Shown here: one piece after another, positions 14,097 through 26,783 of the stretch
Position numbering within the stretch: the stretch's first letter is position 1
Layout: the number at the start of each line of letters is the position of its first letter
From: Cystobasidiomycetes sp. EMM_F5
Lineage: Eukaryota
NCBI GenBank assembly: GCA_051047955.1
Contig: JBPGPT010000021.1
Location: 62,001-126,000 of the forward strand
Direction of reading: 5' to 3'
DNA: 64,000 nt
Notes under the pieces: generated by a model
Told to the model about the DNA's origin: nothing
What the model saw: only the letters and a program-made list of their open reading frames with translations
Databases searched by the model: none
Translations under genes and position numbers: made by a program

Positions 14097-14441
14097 GGCG
14101 ATGTATCATCCAGGCCGCCTGGGTTCCCGATGTACAGGGCTTGTACGAAATGTCGTGCACACTCAGCACGCAGAGCATGTTACATTCAAGTCATGAGTCG
14201 CAGAGCCCGTTAGTTTGTCGCATATTTGTCAGGAAGTCATGCATGAGCAGCTAATCTACGTGCAAAGACGGCAGTCGTTTGTCATTTCAGTGGATGCCAA
14301 TCCCCATTCCAACCAGCTCGAATAGTCGCTACAACAACACTTTGGACATGTACTTCAAGGACACTGCAATTATTGATTAGATCACGAATACGAGATACTA
14401 GACTGAAATGATTCAGCGGTTGGATATTGCCCGGATCCGCT

Positions 14442-17400
14442 CTATGCGAGCCGGGCAATAGCGAGGGCATCCTCGTCTAGGACAATGAGCGATGTGTCGG
14501 CTATAGTGCCTTCGTCTGCATCACGATCGATCTCATTGACGGCAGTTTGCGAAGCAGAGACTTGTGATTCACGGCGGAAGGCCGCCGACTGCTGCACTAC
14601 GGGAGTTGTTTCAGCCAACGACGAGGTTATACTCTGACTTTCATCTTCGTCGGAATCGGAGACTTCTGCGATTGGCCGACTCGAAACTGCTTTTCGGGGT
14701 GTAGGGCTTGCGCGATCGTCACTGTCTTCAGAGTCACTGGATGCCGTCTCGCTTTGTGATTCGGTAGCTTCTGAATCATCGGTACTTGCTTTCGAGAGGT
14801 CTGCCTCTGTAGATTGGGTGGCGGTGACGACGGTAGCAGCGGATGCCGAAGCGCCGATGTTAGGGCGAGAAGCAACAAATGACAAGGGCTGCCTGGTACG
14901 CCGCTGACTTCGCGCTGGTTGACTAGGCACGACATCCTCAAACTATCCACACGGATAACCATCAGTCTTTAGCCTGGCGGATCGAAGGATAGAGCTTTAC
15001 GTACCCCGCTTCCGCGAAGTTGAGCTAGTAAGCCGAGAGCGGCCTCAGCCGTATTGGTACGCTCAAAGCTAGTCGATTGGGGAGTCGGACTTTGCACCTT
15101 CTGCAGACGCTCGCCATGCGCTTTGCGAGCCCTCGTGCGTCCCATGGCTCGCCCTTCCCGCAGCCTCGAGAACAGATCTTCCATTATTTGTCCGTCAACG
15201 GGAACGGATGGCGTCTCCGCAGCTTTCGGTGCACGAGCGCCCTTTGCGGCATCGCGTGCAGCACGACGCTTTTCGGCTGCCACTTGTTGCTTTAGAGCTG
15301 CCTCGTTGTCTGCCTGCGCCCGCTACAATACAATACTGCAGGTCAATCTATGCCACACCGGCTGAATGTTCGCATACTTACCTTGTAAGAAGATACAAAT
15401 GTGTTCAGATTGCCAAAGAATTCGTTCGAAGATATAGATTCATCGGCGCCAAAGTATGTGACCACTCCAGAAAACGCGGAATCCGCGAGCGTGACCCTGT
15501 CCTCTAGAGCTTGCACTTGAAGCGAGGCGTCTCTAATAAATCTGAACATCTTACGTGGGTAGGCATCGCGGGATTCGAGATCATCCAGATAGTCATCGAA
15601 GTGCTCTCTCAAAGCTGACGTGACCGAGTCCAGACCGCCCCGAAGCTCCGTGAGCCCTTTCCGAACTTCGCTCAGGTTGACTACGATGAAGTATAATCAG
15701 CAGGAAATCGTCAAATGAGCGGATAATCCGTCTGTATTTACTTCGGTACGCTTCAATGGGATCCGCAAGTTCTTGTATGAAATCCGTCATATCTGGAAAC
15801 TTCGTTGTTATCGTTCGCTCCAGAGTGTGGAGGAGCGACTGCCCAGAAGCCGATTTCGTATCCACCAACTAACCAAAACGCGTTACGCTGGCAATCTCGA
15901 CAATTCTCCGCTTCCTGTACTCACCCTGTTGATACTGTTGATCTTGAAGCCAAAAGCCCCTCCATTATAGCCTTGGGCGTTCATGAAATTACCCAACAGC
16001 AGGATCAGCTTAAGGAGTTGCCCAAAGTGGCGCGCTTCGCGTAGACTCTCGCACGCTCTGTTCAATTGCTTGGCTTGCTGCAGAAGTGATGTCTGGCTTT
16101 CTTGAAATTTCGCGCGGTAGAGCATACCTTCGACTCTGATCGGGAGATGCTTGATCTTCATGAGCTCCACCAAGAAGCGATCAGCATGCGCGAGCAGAGC
16201 CAAATCTGCATCGTCGTCCGTCTTGTGCTGATTGAGCTTTCCGACCAGATCCGGCGTAGGTAGCATTGGTTTCAATTCTCCCAGGAAGTGTTCTGAGCAT
16301 AAAATCTCGTCGTAGGTCAGGAGCCGTTCAGTCACATCAAGAATCTTCGCTTGAACGTCATCCTTGGCGGAGTGTTTGCGTATAAGTATTTCTGCAGGTC
16401 TGGACTGAGCATGGACGAATGTAGGATAGCGTCAATTATGAATACGTACCAATACGCTCGCGCTTCTTGTCATCTAGGACACTCTTGAGATCGTCTCGCT
16501 TTTTCTTGGCCACCTTGTTGCCTATCGCCTTGGTCTTGAAGTCTTCCTCAATTTGGTCAAAGATACCTTCCTTAGTGAGTTTCGAAGCCAACTCTAGCTC
16601 ATCGACGTTGTTCACCACCCAAATAGTATTGGTTAGTTGTGTTGGATTTACCTTCTCCCAAACAACTTGCTTCAATTGGCGCTTCGCTGTAACTACCTGA
16701 TCTTTGCGGGCAATGGCTGGCTTCATCAGACCGCTGGAGGGTGGAGTTGGCACTGCTACTTTGGCCCCAGGAGGCGGTGGAACCCAAAGACCTCGCTCAG
16801 GATGCGTAATCTTGCTACCGGCAGGTCCGACAACAGCATCCCCATCGACAATCTTGGCATTCGGGACCAGCGCCACCTTTCTGGCCTTGAGCATGGCTGC
16901 CATTGAACCTGGTCCATCAGTTGCACTGATTATACCGCTGAGAAGTCCAGCTGGTAGTGGTGGTGGTGGTGGCGGCGGTGGCGGAGGCAAAGACCCGGAT
17001 GATGTAGGTGCAGGAGCCTCTCTAGCAGACATAGCTTCACCTGAGATGGGCGGTCGGGGAGGGGCGGGCGGAGCTGGTGGCGGGGGCGGAACAGCGATAG
17101 CCGTGGATGTATCATTTTGGATGTCTGGGAAAGAATATATATCAGTAGGCAGAACTTCGGGCCAGAAAAGCAGAAATCCTACCGGATGCCACTGAAGAAG
17201 GAGGAACATCGTCCTCAGTCGGACGCCGCTTGTGTGACTTTGCTGGCCTGTCTGGCGTTGTCGGTGATAAAGGTTGCCGACTTGGACTGTCTGCAGGGAG
17301 CGGCAACACTGTGTCATCTGCAGAGCTGTTTGCTGGTGATGCCCTGGCCCTCAGACTTGCAAGTAGATTTGTTGGTAGCGCTTTGGCTCCAAACCGAGCC

Positions 17401-20400
17401 GTCGCTGTCGGCGTCCTTGGTGCATCTTCAGAATTTTCACTCAAGTTGCGTTGTGGTAACAGACGCGTTTCAGCTGTTCCTGCCTTGTCGAGCTGGCCGA
17501 CAGTAGAGAGTGGAGATTGGAGCCCTGAGGGTGAGTAGACGATCTTGGATCTGTCAATACCGCTCGGAGAAGGAGTGCCTCTTGCACGATCGCGCGGTCG
17601 GGTGCTCTGTGGTGTTACGCCCGGATGACGCTCGGCTAAAGGGGAGAGATTCGATGCGCCAGCCGCTAAGCTAGCCTCAATATGCGCTCTGACTGCTTGA
17701 TCGTCTGCGTCCTCGAATGCACTCCGTCGTATAGTGGTCTTGTCCCACTTGTGTGACCCTTGTCGACTGCGCAATGACTCTGTGATACCCGGAGGCGCAG
17801 CCTTACTCAGATGACGACCTTCTAAACGTTCAATAGTCTTGATCCGTTCCATTTTCTTCTCCATAAGCCCGACAAGCTCGCCTCGATCCACTAGGTTCGT
17901 ATCGTCGGTCAGACCTTCCAGCCCTCGCGACTCCTTGAGCATATTGAATAATTCCTGACTAAAAAGTTCCGCCTGTGCAATCTTTTCATTGGAAGCGCTT
18001 TCCTGTTCGTGAATTTTCTGACGCAGAAGATCTGTAGCCTGACGAGAGAAGGCCAGGTCCTCTTCCAGCCGGTAAAGCTTTTGGTTCATCTCGCCGACCA
18101 AGCCGTCATCTCGTTTACTGAGCTCGTCCGCGAGATCTGCCTTCTCCCTCCGGAGCTTGCTTGCTTGGCGATGCCATTGGTCAACTTGATCTTCCAGATC
18201 TGCTAGACGATCTTCATTGGCGAATTTACTTATTAAAGTGGAGACGCTAAACCCAAGCATTTCGGAAAAGTCCCGTTCAACACCCTTGCGGTCGAGCACA
18301 ATCGATGTGATTACCGAGTCAATCAGCTGGAAGTACCTCACTCGAGCTTCTCCTTCCTCTCGGATTAGCAGTAAATGTTGCATTGCCGAAACGAAAAAGT
18401 CGTGAGCCCGAGTTCCCTCAACTGAAGACAGTAAGGCTCGAAAGACATCCCAAGGATCCTTAAAATCGCGCAGTATGTCTTGTTCGAAATTCTCGACCAC
18501 CCGCTGATAGTCCTCTTCAGCTTGTTCCTCATACTGCTTGATCTGAATGTCAATCTGTGGATGCTTGAATGTCCGCATCTTTACCAAGATTCTTCCGAGA
18601 CCAGCATGCTCCATTTGTTGCCGCAAGTGTACTCGGACCTGATAGTCGGGGGGAAGGAGCGAGATTGCGTTGACTAGCCATAAATTTACAAGCTGGCAGA
18701 ACAGGGTAAGACGAGCTGTATCTCGATGGACTGAAGATCCCTACCGTGTATTCATTGAGTATTGACCCTCCCGATGCTGTTGTTGCGTTTGATTGACTCT
18801 GCTGAAGCGCCTCTCGACTTCGCAATGTGCGGACTTCATCGCTTGCGCCGACCAAACTGCCCATCTTGCCACGACCGTCAATCGTAGCCTCCAAGATGGT
18901 GAACCAAGCATCGAAGCGAGCCTTCTCTCCTTTTGCATTCATAAGACTATCGAGGGCTCTCAGCACGTACTGGTGACCCTGATGATCGTTCCAGTAGGCC
19001 AGGAAGGTGAGCATATCTATAACAAGCTTTCGACAAGCAATGTTCGACGACACCATCGCCAAAGCAATCTCGTTGATAGAGATTGGATGTGACATGGCTT
19101 CATCAGCGCCAAGCTAGCAGGAGAGTTATCAGCTCTCGAACGATGTCAGTGGCTAGTTGTGATGTGACCAACCTTTATACCCAAAAGGGTCTTGAGGCAT
19201 TTCGCAAGCTCCAACTCAAGTTTGGCATGGTGGTCTGACAGAGGTAGTGGAAGACGAGTAATGCTGGCAAGCGCGCTTGTCAAGGCAGGGAGACCTTTGT
19301 ATGCTACGATGAACTCCTTCACCCATGCCAATTCGTATGTCCGTAAAGCCACGGTTAGGCTGCTGACCTCGCTCGGCTGTATTGTCCCATGCATAATCTT
19401 CCCAAGATACCATTGGGGTGTTTGGGTCGACGCTCGCAAAATGCTGTTAGCTGAGTTTGTTGCCGCAATCATGTTTATCGCCGGCAAATTGGCATCATAA
19501 CTGCCTTCATTAACACTCAAAGTTGGCGATGACATTGGCGGAGACAGTGCGTCGGACGATGGCGGTACTGCCGCGCGATTCTGCTTCCATTCCTGAAGAG
19601 CATCGTTGTATACCATAGCCCACTTTTTCGCTATCGGAAACGATGCCATGCTGGCGTGCTTGTCGAAAGGAACTTTGCGTTCGAGGAGAAGTGCAAATTT
19701 CTCCTCAATCTCACTGTCCTTGCTGGGTCGCGGAAAGTAGAACTCGCTTGACGCCAGATTTGGAGTGGCAACCGGAGGCAGTATAGAGGCATGGTGTTGC
19801 GACAGCGACACGCTAGATTTTCGCGATATAACAGATCTGACTGACGTGCGCGAAGTTCGTATGGAGGCGGAAGACGAGGTCAAGCCAGGCGAATAGCTCG
19901 GGTTTGCGGAGGACTGTGATTGTGAGTAAGGGTAGTGCGCAATGTAGGGGCTGGCACTTGGCGGCAGAGACCTTGAACTGGGTGAGTATGGAGTAGTTGA
20001 GGCTACAGAATCTCTTCGGGCTTGCATATTGCCGTTATGGTCGCTGTAGACGTTGATGTTGCCACCATTCATGTCTGCATCAAAACCGCGAGACGACCCA
20101 GACGCAGCTGCTGTTCTTCTCCTTCTCTGTTCTTCCTCGCTCTGCAGGCGGTCCATGTTGGGGCGTCGTAGTGACTGTGACTTTGTGGGAGAGCGAGCAC
20201 TCGAACTGGAAGCATGCGATTGTCCCTCTGACACGGAACTGCGCTGGTGTCTTAGCCTAGCCTGGTGGTCGCTGTCGTTGTAGAGGACATCGGGCGTCTG
20301 ACTTCGAACACTGTAGTCATTGTACGGCCTGCTTTCGGGTATCAGATGAATGGGTGCCGTGATGTGCGAATTCAAAGGCGGCGAAAGCGGTCGGGAAGAG

Positions 20401-20681
20401 CTGCTACCTGAATGCTGGGAGGCCACGCTGTAGACCGAGGCAGCTCGTGCATTTGTCGTTGTGTATCCGCTGCCACTAGCATAGCTGTTCTGGGCAGCGG
20501 CAAAGGACCCGTCCACACCGATAAGTGCTGGGCTTGCGAGGCCGTTTGTCCGTCTAGGTGTAGGTGGTGCATTCGGCTGAGTCGTCGAAGCGTACGGCAC
20601 GCTGGATCCGTCGAGCGTGTCTGACGCGCTCGATATTGTCCTTGAGCGATGCTTCTTTGACCTGCCAAACAGAGTGCTCAT
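14442..20681 (-). CDS. Diaphanous-related formin (GBD/FH3, poly-Pro FH1, FH2, DAD)
   Basis: GBD (KKWAMVYND, SLTVALRTYELAWVKEF); FH3 (RFDAWF...IDGRGKMGSLVGAS); poly-Pro tracts near 16950-17100; FH2 (LKQVVWEK, LILLLGNFMN...GGAFGFKINSINRLVDTKS); DAD-like GQIMEDLFSRLREG. Confidence 0.95.
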
Positions 20682-21586
20682 CGTTGGCAGCAGCGTGGTA
20701 GCGGCATGCCAGTCTGAGTGCAGACTTCAGGATATGGCATGCGTCCACAGAGTCACAGCATGTATTAATTGCGAACAGCGATCAAGACTTGGTCGAGTTC
20801 AACGGCGCGTAAAGTGGGTGCTCTTCCACACCAACCGCTGCTGAGGCCTGTTTATGCACCGTGACGAGCAGCTATGGTTTATATGCCTCGCATCTTTAAC
20901 AAGCAGTCACAATCTACGGCAAACGGATGTCTGCCGCATCACTCAGAAACAATGGGTTCCGAAGCATTTCATGGCATGCCCGTTTTGCCCGGCACCTGAT
21001 ACTCGCAGACACATGCACTACTCACAAATCAGCCTCCGATGCGCTAGCTGAGCGCCCTATTACTTGATACTCTATCGCGACGTCGCGCAATGTCCAGCTC
21101 AAACAGCGTTCTCACACATTGTTCCATCTACTCTAGCAGTGTTCCGACCACAACATGACCGCCGACCGGGAACTGAGCACCATCACGTTCCAGTAGCCAG
21201 TTGCTGTCCTGCCTAAAGCTTCATTCCATGCTGCACCGGGAAGGTCGCACGCTGGTCGGACAATTGCCAAAAAAAAAAACCCAACAGTTCGGTATGCACT
21301 AATCTGCAACCTTACACTTGTGTAACACTGTCTTCTCATGAGCATGATAGTAGAAGCCGCATTTGTATCGTGTCGCTCTCAGAAGTCCCTTCTATACTGC
21401 AGTGATCCTGCCTTTCGAAAGCAAAACTGAATGGACCTTCATTCCATCCCTTTCCGTCCATCCTACTGCTGTTATATGCTCGCCTGCGTGTATATATGCA
21501 GGTCTGTAGATCAAATAATGGTCTGCTACACAACAGCGATCTGATGTTACGGTGCCGCCACACTAGATCTGACCCCACGGGTCACC

Positions 21587-21719
21587 ACATTCGGGCACAT
21601 CGGATCGCATCATAAAATATGAGCGATCTATTCCTGGTATGTCCATCAGAAATCTGGGTCGTTTGGATCGCCGGAACATTCGGCTGACATTCGGCATGCA
21701 TCTAGAACTAAACATACGG
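21587..21719. promoter_or_regulatory. Cluster of five ACATTCGG-like motifs upstream of the ferritin-like gene
   Basis: ACATTCGG at 21587, 21676 and 21687; ACATCGG at 21597; ACATACGG at 21712. All lie about 180-320 bp upstream of the ATG at 21902. Regulatory function is inferred. Confidence 0.4.
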
Positions 21720-21901
21720 TCCGATGGACAATGTAACGCCACCACTGACGACAGCGTGTAAGAGCAGTGCTATATGAGCATATGTATGCGTGTTGATCGT
21801 CGACTGCGTGCAACACACGGATGATGCCGTCTTTCCGTCTTTCCCATTTGCTATCCGTTCCATTTCTGCTAAAGATATACTGAACCTGCTCCATCCGCAT
21901 T

Positions 21902-23262
21902 ATGAAGAGCTTTGCAACCTTGACTGCCCTGGCAGGTTTAGCCTCATCGGCATTAGCCGCTCCATTGCAGAAGCGCCAGGTTATAAATGCAAACGGAACT
22001 GCTGGTAGGTGATCTCAACGTTCCGAGACTTGAGCGTGCTGACAGCCTCCGCAACAGCATTTCCTGTTGGCGACGTCAACGTTCTCAACTTGTCAGTATC
22101 AGCAGAAAATCAGTGCACATATGCTCACATCTGTTCGCTCGACCGGCGCGTTGGCTTTGGAATACCTCGAGTTAAACCTGTACGAAACCGTAGTGACGAG
22201 ATACTCGAACCAGGACTTTGTCAACAATAACTTTACGGCAGCCGACCGTGCAACGTTCCTGCAAATCATCGCTCAGGAGCAAATGCATATTGCTGCATTA
22301 CAGGCGCAAGTTAAAATGAGTAAGGGTCGACCGTCCTCAATGATTTAGTCAAAGGCTGATGAGCGAGATACCTACTTCAAATAGATGGCGGCCAAGTAAT
22401 CCAGCCATGCAACTACTCCTACGGGAATGCGCCTACTCTGAAGGCACTTCTTAACGCGACAGACGCTGTTAATGGTCTCGGCCCATCTGCCTATATCGGA
22501 GCGGGAGGCTTCCTACAAAGCAAACTGCTCTTGACAGCTGGGGCGGCGATTGGTAAGATATAGGGTAGCAGGTGTCCATTTTACTTGCTGAATTTGATTG
22601 CTTTAGGTAACATCGAGACACGACACAACAGTTGGCTCAACGGCTTACTCGGCCGAAGCGAGCAGCCAAGTGAGGCAGTATCTCCGTAGTAAGATGATGC
22701 AACTGACTCTAGCTGTGTTTCAGACGCGTTCCAGACACCACTCAGTCCTACTCAAGCATACGGAGTTGCGTCACAATTCATCATCAACGGCACTTGCCCG
22801 CCTAGCAATGCAAACCTCCAGGGCGCAATCTTGGCTTATCCGCCAAGTTTGAACATCACAAACCAAGGCTACCCAGCTGCACCTCTCAATGCCGGATCGA
22901 CTCTGTTCCTGCGAGCGGTTGGTAACGTTACCGCCCCACGCGCCGCATTCGTGTACGGCTTGAACACGACCATTGTGTCTTTTAACGCCTCTTCCGGCAC
23001 GACTACAATCCCAAGTGACGTTAGCGGACAAGCCTATGTCGTTTTGACAACTGCCAGCCAAGGTCAAGCACTGAATGAGCAGAAGTAAGATTAGGCCATG
23101 CTGTCGAAGTCGGACTCGCACTGATCTTTATTATGTCTTTATTATGAAAATCACAGCTCGGTCACGGCACCACAGGCATTCTATGTAGACGCACCTGCCC
23201 AGGGCTTCGCCAATTATCAGGTCACTACGTACGACTTCCTGCCAGGACCTGGTCGCAAGTAG
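21902..23262 (+). CDS. Secreted ferritin-like domain protein (Rds1/Ferritin_2 type)
   Basis: Signal peptide MKSFATLTALAGLASSALAAPLQKR. Domain motifs DVNVLNF/ALALEYLE, QIIAQEQMHI, IQPCNYSYG, GPSAYIGAG, NIETRHNSWL, AFQTPLSP...FIINGTCPPSN. Intron 2 needs a non-canonical acceptor. Confidence 0.8.
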
Positions 23263-23616
23263 ATCAATCAGCTCTTCTGGACAGCTCGACTCAGCGAAGG
23301 GACAATCAGACACAGAGAATCTAGAGAACAGAGATGAGAGTAATACCGAAGCAAAGTGATGAAAACACAGTAATCTTCAGAAAACCTTTCACTATCCATG
23401 TATCGGGCTTTTCTTGTCCTTGTCTCGTTTTTTGTCGCTCCATCAACATGCTGCTGGGTGATTGTATCAGCTCTATTGTTCTTGATTACGGAGACCGTAA
23501 TTGTGTTCCAGAACTTGTGCTGAGCAGACGCGAAGAGCATTAGTAGCCACTGACCGCGCGGTTGGTCTTTTCGTTCTGCGCAATCCAACCTCAGTCTAGG
23601 TGCACCGAACCTGACT

Positions 23617-25378
23617 ATGGCTCTGACAAAAGAGGAAGATGCTGCTACCAGATCCGAGATACGCGCTGCCATCAAGAGAGGTGCAGCAGAGTGAGTGTGA
23701 CGAGCTGTGGCAACAATATTTGTTACAGTCCATCTGCCCGCAAGCCCCCATTGCGTCAAGGTAGCGCAGCTGACGTGTCTACGCTGTATGCAGTACCATA
23801 ACGAAGAAGTCCCTCGTCGCTGCCGTGATAAAGCGTTTACATCTGGAGGATGGTCACTTTGGCAAACAAGACCGCGACAGTATCGCGGAAATAGCCAAAG
23901 ACGTGCTGGCAAGTGAAGCATTCACAACTCTAAGATAATCATGTCTTACATCTAGCGCGACATTAGGCATCTCGTGATACCGGGCGTAGCGAATCACCGC
24001 TTTCGCGTAACAAATCCGTGCGAAACTCACTATTATGCGCGCAGCCACTCATAGCTGATTAAAGTACATCCTTCAGTCACATCCTGCAACTAGCCACGCG
24101 CAATCCGAAAAGCCAGCCAAACCAGAAGTGCAGAAAACGGCATGTTTGCTGAAGTATTGGGCGTATGCGCGGTCTGTTGACGTGTTTTCATTACAATACG
24201 AAACAGCATGTCATCATCGACTCGTCACAAGACGAGGCAAATGGGGTTGACAGATCAGGCAGCCGCACGCAAGCTGGTTCAGATTCCGATGATAGCGAAC
24301 CCGAAGTAAAGGCGAAGGCGAAATCAAAGAAGGTGGGTACATACATAGTTGCTCGTGGACTGACGCAATCATCTTATAGGTTTGCATTTTTTCAGGAAAA
24401 GACTTCCACCTCCACAATTCCGAAAAAGCGGAAGTCGGACAACAAACAGTTTCGGACAGCGGAATTCATCAATTCGGAGGTGAGGACTATTTCGAGATGT
24501 ATGGTGTGCTTCATTATCCCTCCTGACCCTCCTGAGCAGGGAGACCCCATTGAGCCTACTCTGAACAGCGATGACGAGGAGGCAGTACGACCCAAGAAGA
24601 AACCGAAGGCATCTGTTGACAAGGATGCAGAGAAGGGTGAAGGGAAGGCAAAGGTTGTAAGCTGTTTGCGCTTAGCATGATAATGCAAGCACTCAGACAA
24701 CTCCGCTTGGCAGAAGAAGCCACGCGGAAAGAAGGCTGCCGAGCCTGAAGATCCCGAAGAGGCTGAAATTGCTAGATTGAAAGTAAGGCGGTCCGCGTCT
24801 AGGACAATGCGACTATGTCTGACTTGAAACACTAGAAATTTGTTTCAGCATGCGGTGTGCGAAAACAATGGGCTACCCTATTCACAAAGGAGGATGTCTC
24901 GACAAGCAAAGCTCAGATAAAGTACCTAAAGCAACTATTGACTGATCTGGGCATGCCATCAAGAATGTCTCTCAGCGCAGCGGCCGAGATCAAGGCGAAG
25001 CGCGAGTTGGCGCAAGAGGCTGCAGATCTAGGGATTGATGCTCCCGCTTATAAACTAGATGCGCCTGATGGCAGCGGGAGAGGCAATACTAGAGGGAGGA
25101 GAGCCGCTGCGCCCAAACAGACCGTGTCTAAGCGGAAGACGAGAGTTGACAGTGATGAAGAGGAAGGTGAAAATAGCGCCAGTGAAGCTGGAAGATCATC
25201 GGATGATATTACAGCAAAGGTTAGGAGCTCACCTTGAGAATCTACAATGACCGTACTGACCCACTTCGACACTTAGGGCAAGCGCGAATATGTCCCTAAG
25301 GACGGGGCTGATACGGGTGGCAGCGGAGACGATAGCGATTCGTCAGGTTCCGATAATGGCAGCGAAGACAGTACGTGA
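23617..25378 (+). CDS. HIRIP3-like acidic/basic nuclear protein (putative histone chaperone)
   Basis: Helical N-terminus (MALTKEED...ITKKSLVAAVIKRLHL), Lys/Asp-rich linker, and C-terminal IARLKKFVSACGVRKQWATLF...KQLLTDLGMPSRMSLSAAAEIKAKRELAQE. The family call comes from recalled motif similarity, and the 5' exons are tentative. Confidence 0.6.
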
Positions 25379-26783
25379 GACAATGTTTACAAGCCTTATG
25401 CGGCTCTGGACGCCGTCCAAGCGCGTGTCTTCAGCTAGCCGTGCAGCGCCTGATGTCATATCGTTCTTCATTGGTGGATGGTACAGGGGAACAAGCAGTC
25501 CGAACTGCCAAAACACTGAAACGACGCGTCAATCGGAATTTTGAAGCTTTCGTAGGTTCACTAGCCGGGGCAGGGGATTCGCGATTGTACTAGATGGTGC
25601 ACTTTATCGCAATTGATAAGTCAAACAAGCATTTCTTGTTGTCTGTCAATTTTCTCCTGCCCAATTTACACGACTCTCTGCGCGTTCGGGTAAGTTACAT
25701 GTCGTCAGTTTTGGAGGCACGTGCAAGTTTGCTGTTCAGGCACATCCGAAAATTGACCCTCGCAGAAGATCTGGAAGCTGTAATGCAGCAAATGCGAGCT
25801 TCTGACGCAGACTGTTTGCGCGCATTGCGGTTGATAGCTGCCGTTCTTCTGTGCTGCCTTTTGTTTTGGTCGAAGTTCGGCCAACGGTACTGGATGCGGC
25901 AGGTCTGTGCGAGTGCCTTCGGATGTGTCATTTCCACCGAGTAAAACTCGCTTTTTCCATCATTCGCAACAACCGGAAACAGTCGCAGGTGGGCTTGTCG
26001 TTCTTACACTGCTATCACACGTCCGTGCATCGGTAAACAGCCAGCCTCAGTCGCCCTGCCGCCTTAGGGGACCCGCCGCGCGGCGTGATCGAGCTTTGAC
26101 CACCTCCAGTTTGAGCGAGCGAGCGACATAAAGTGTCGTGTTGCCTACCGAAACACGACAAAAATATTTGACGGTAAGCGAGTAATGCCTTTGCATTGAG
26201 CATGTAGAACTGACACTGTACACTGCTGGGTACGGCAGCCCAGTATTTGCTTTCCGAGTGTTTTCCCCTTTATTCTGCCACTGGCTCCAGGAGGAACACA
26301 AACGAAAATACACGCAACCCAGCATCTTGGAAAATTCAAGACTCCTCTCTCGTGGATGCTTCTTGGATAGCGCGTACAGGTGCACTTGCACAGTCTTTCG
26401 CGACCCATCCTATTTCACAGCCCTGCTCACCTTCATTCACGGTAAGAAAAGCCGATGGCTTGTATAACTCCTGTGTGCTGAAATATGGTCTTTCCCGCGT
26501 CCTACATGGCACAAATCTATAATCTCGTGCAGCAAGTCCTTACCCATCTGTATTTGGGCAACCCGTACTTCGGATTCCACCGAATTCAGCACAACTAGTA
26601 GCGGCTGGAAAGTCGTGGAAATTGGTCAGTGATGCGGAAAAGCTGTTTATATACTTTCAACACGGCAAACTCATCAGGTCGACGCTTCGATGATTTTATA
26701 CAGGCATACTTACGGCAATTTAGCCTCAGCGGTCTGTATCGCCGTTAAAGTCACGCTGAACGGGAAAAGGCCGCGTCGCCGCG

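Noticed and set aside
23268..23921. 217-aa minus-strand ORF
   Set aside because: It is antisense to the inferred first exons of the HIRIP3-like gene and has no protein-like features.
26560..26595. Minus-strand GAATTCGGTGGAA resembling fungal RNase P CR-I
   Set aside because: It lacks the full GGAAAUUC consensus, and I found no matching CR-V/P4 partner.
26627..26676. Minus-strand TGATGA...CTGA resembling a box C/D snoRNA
   Set aside because: The span is only about 50 nt, there is no clear rRNA guide, and the D box coincides with a likely branch point.
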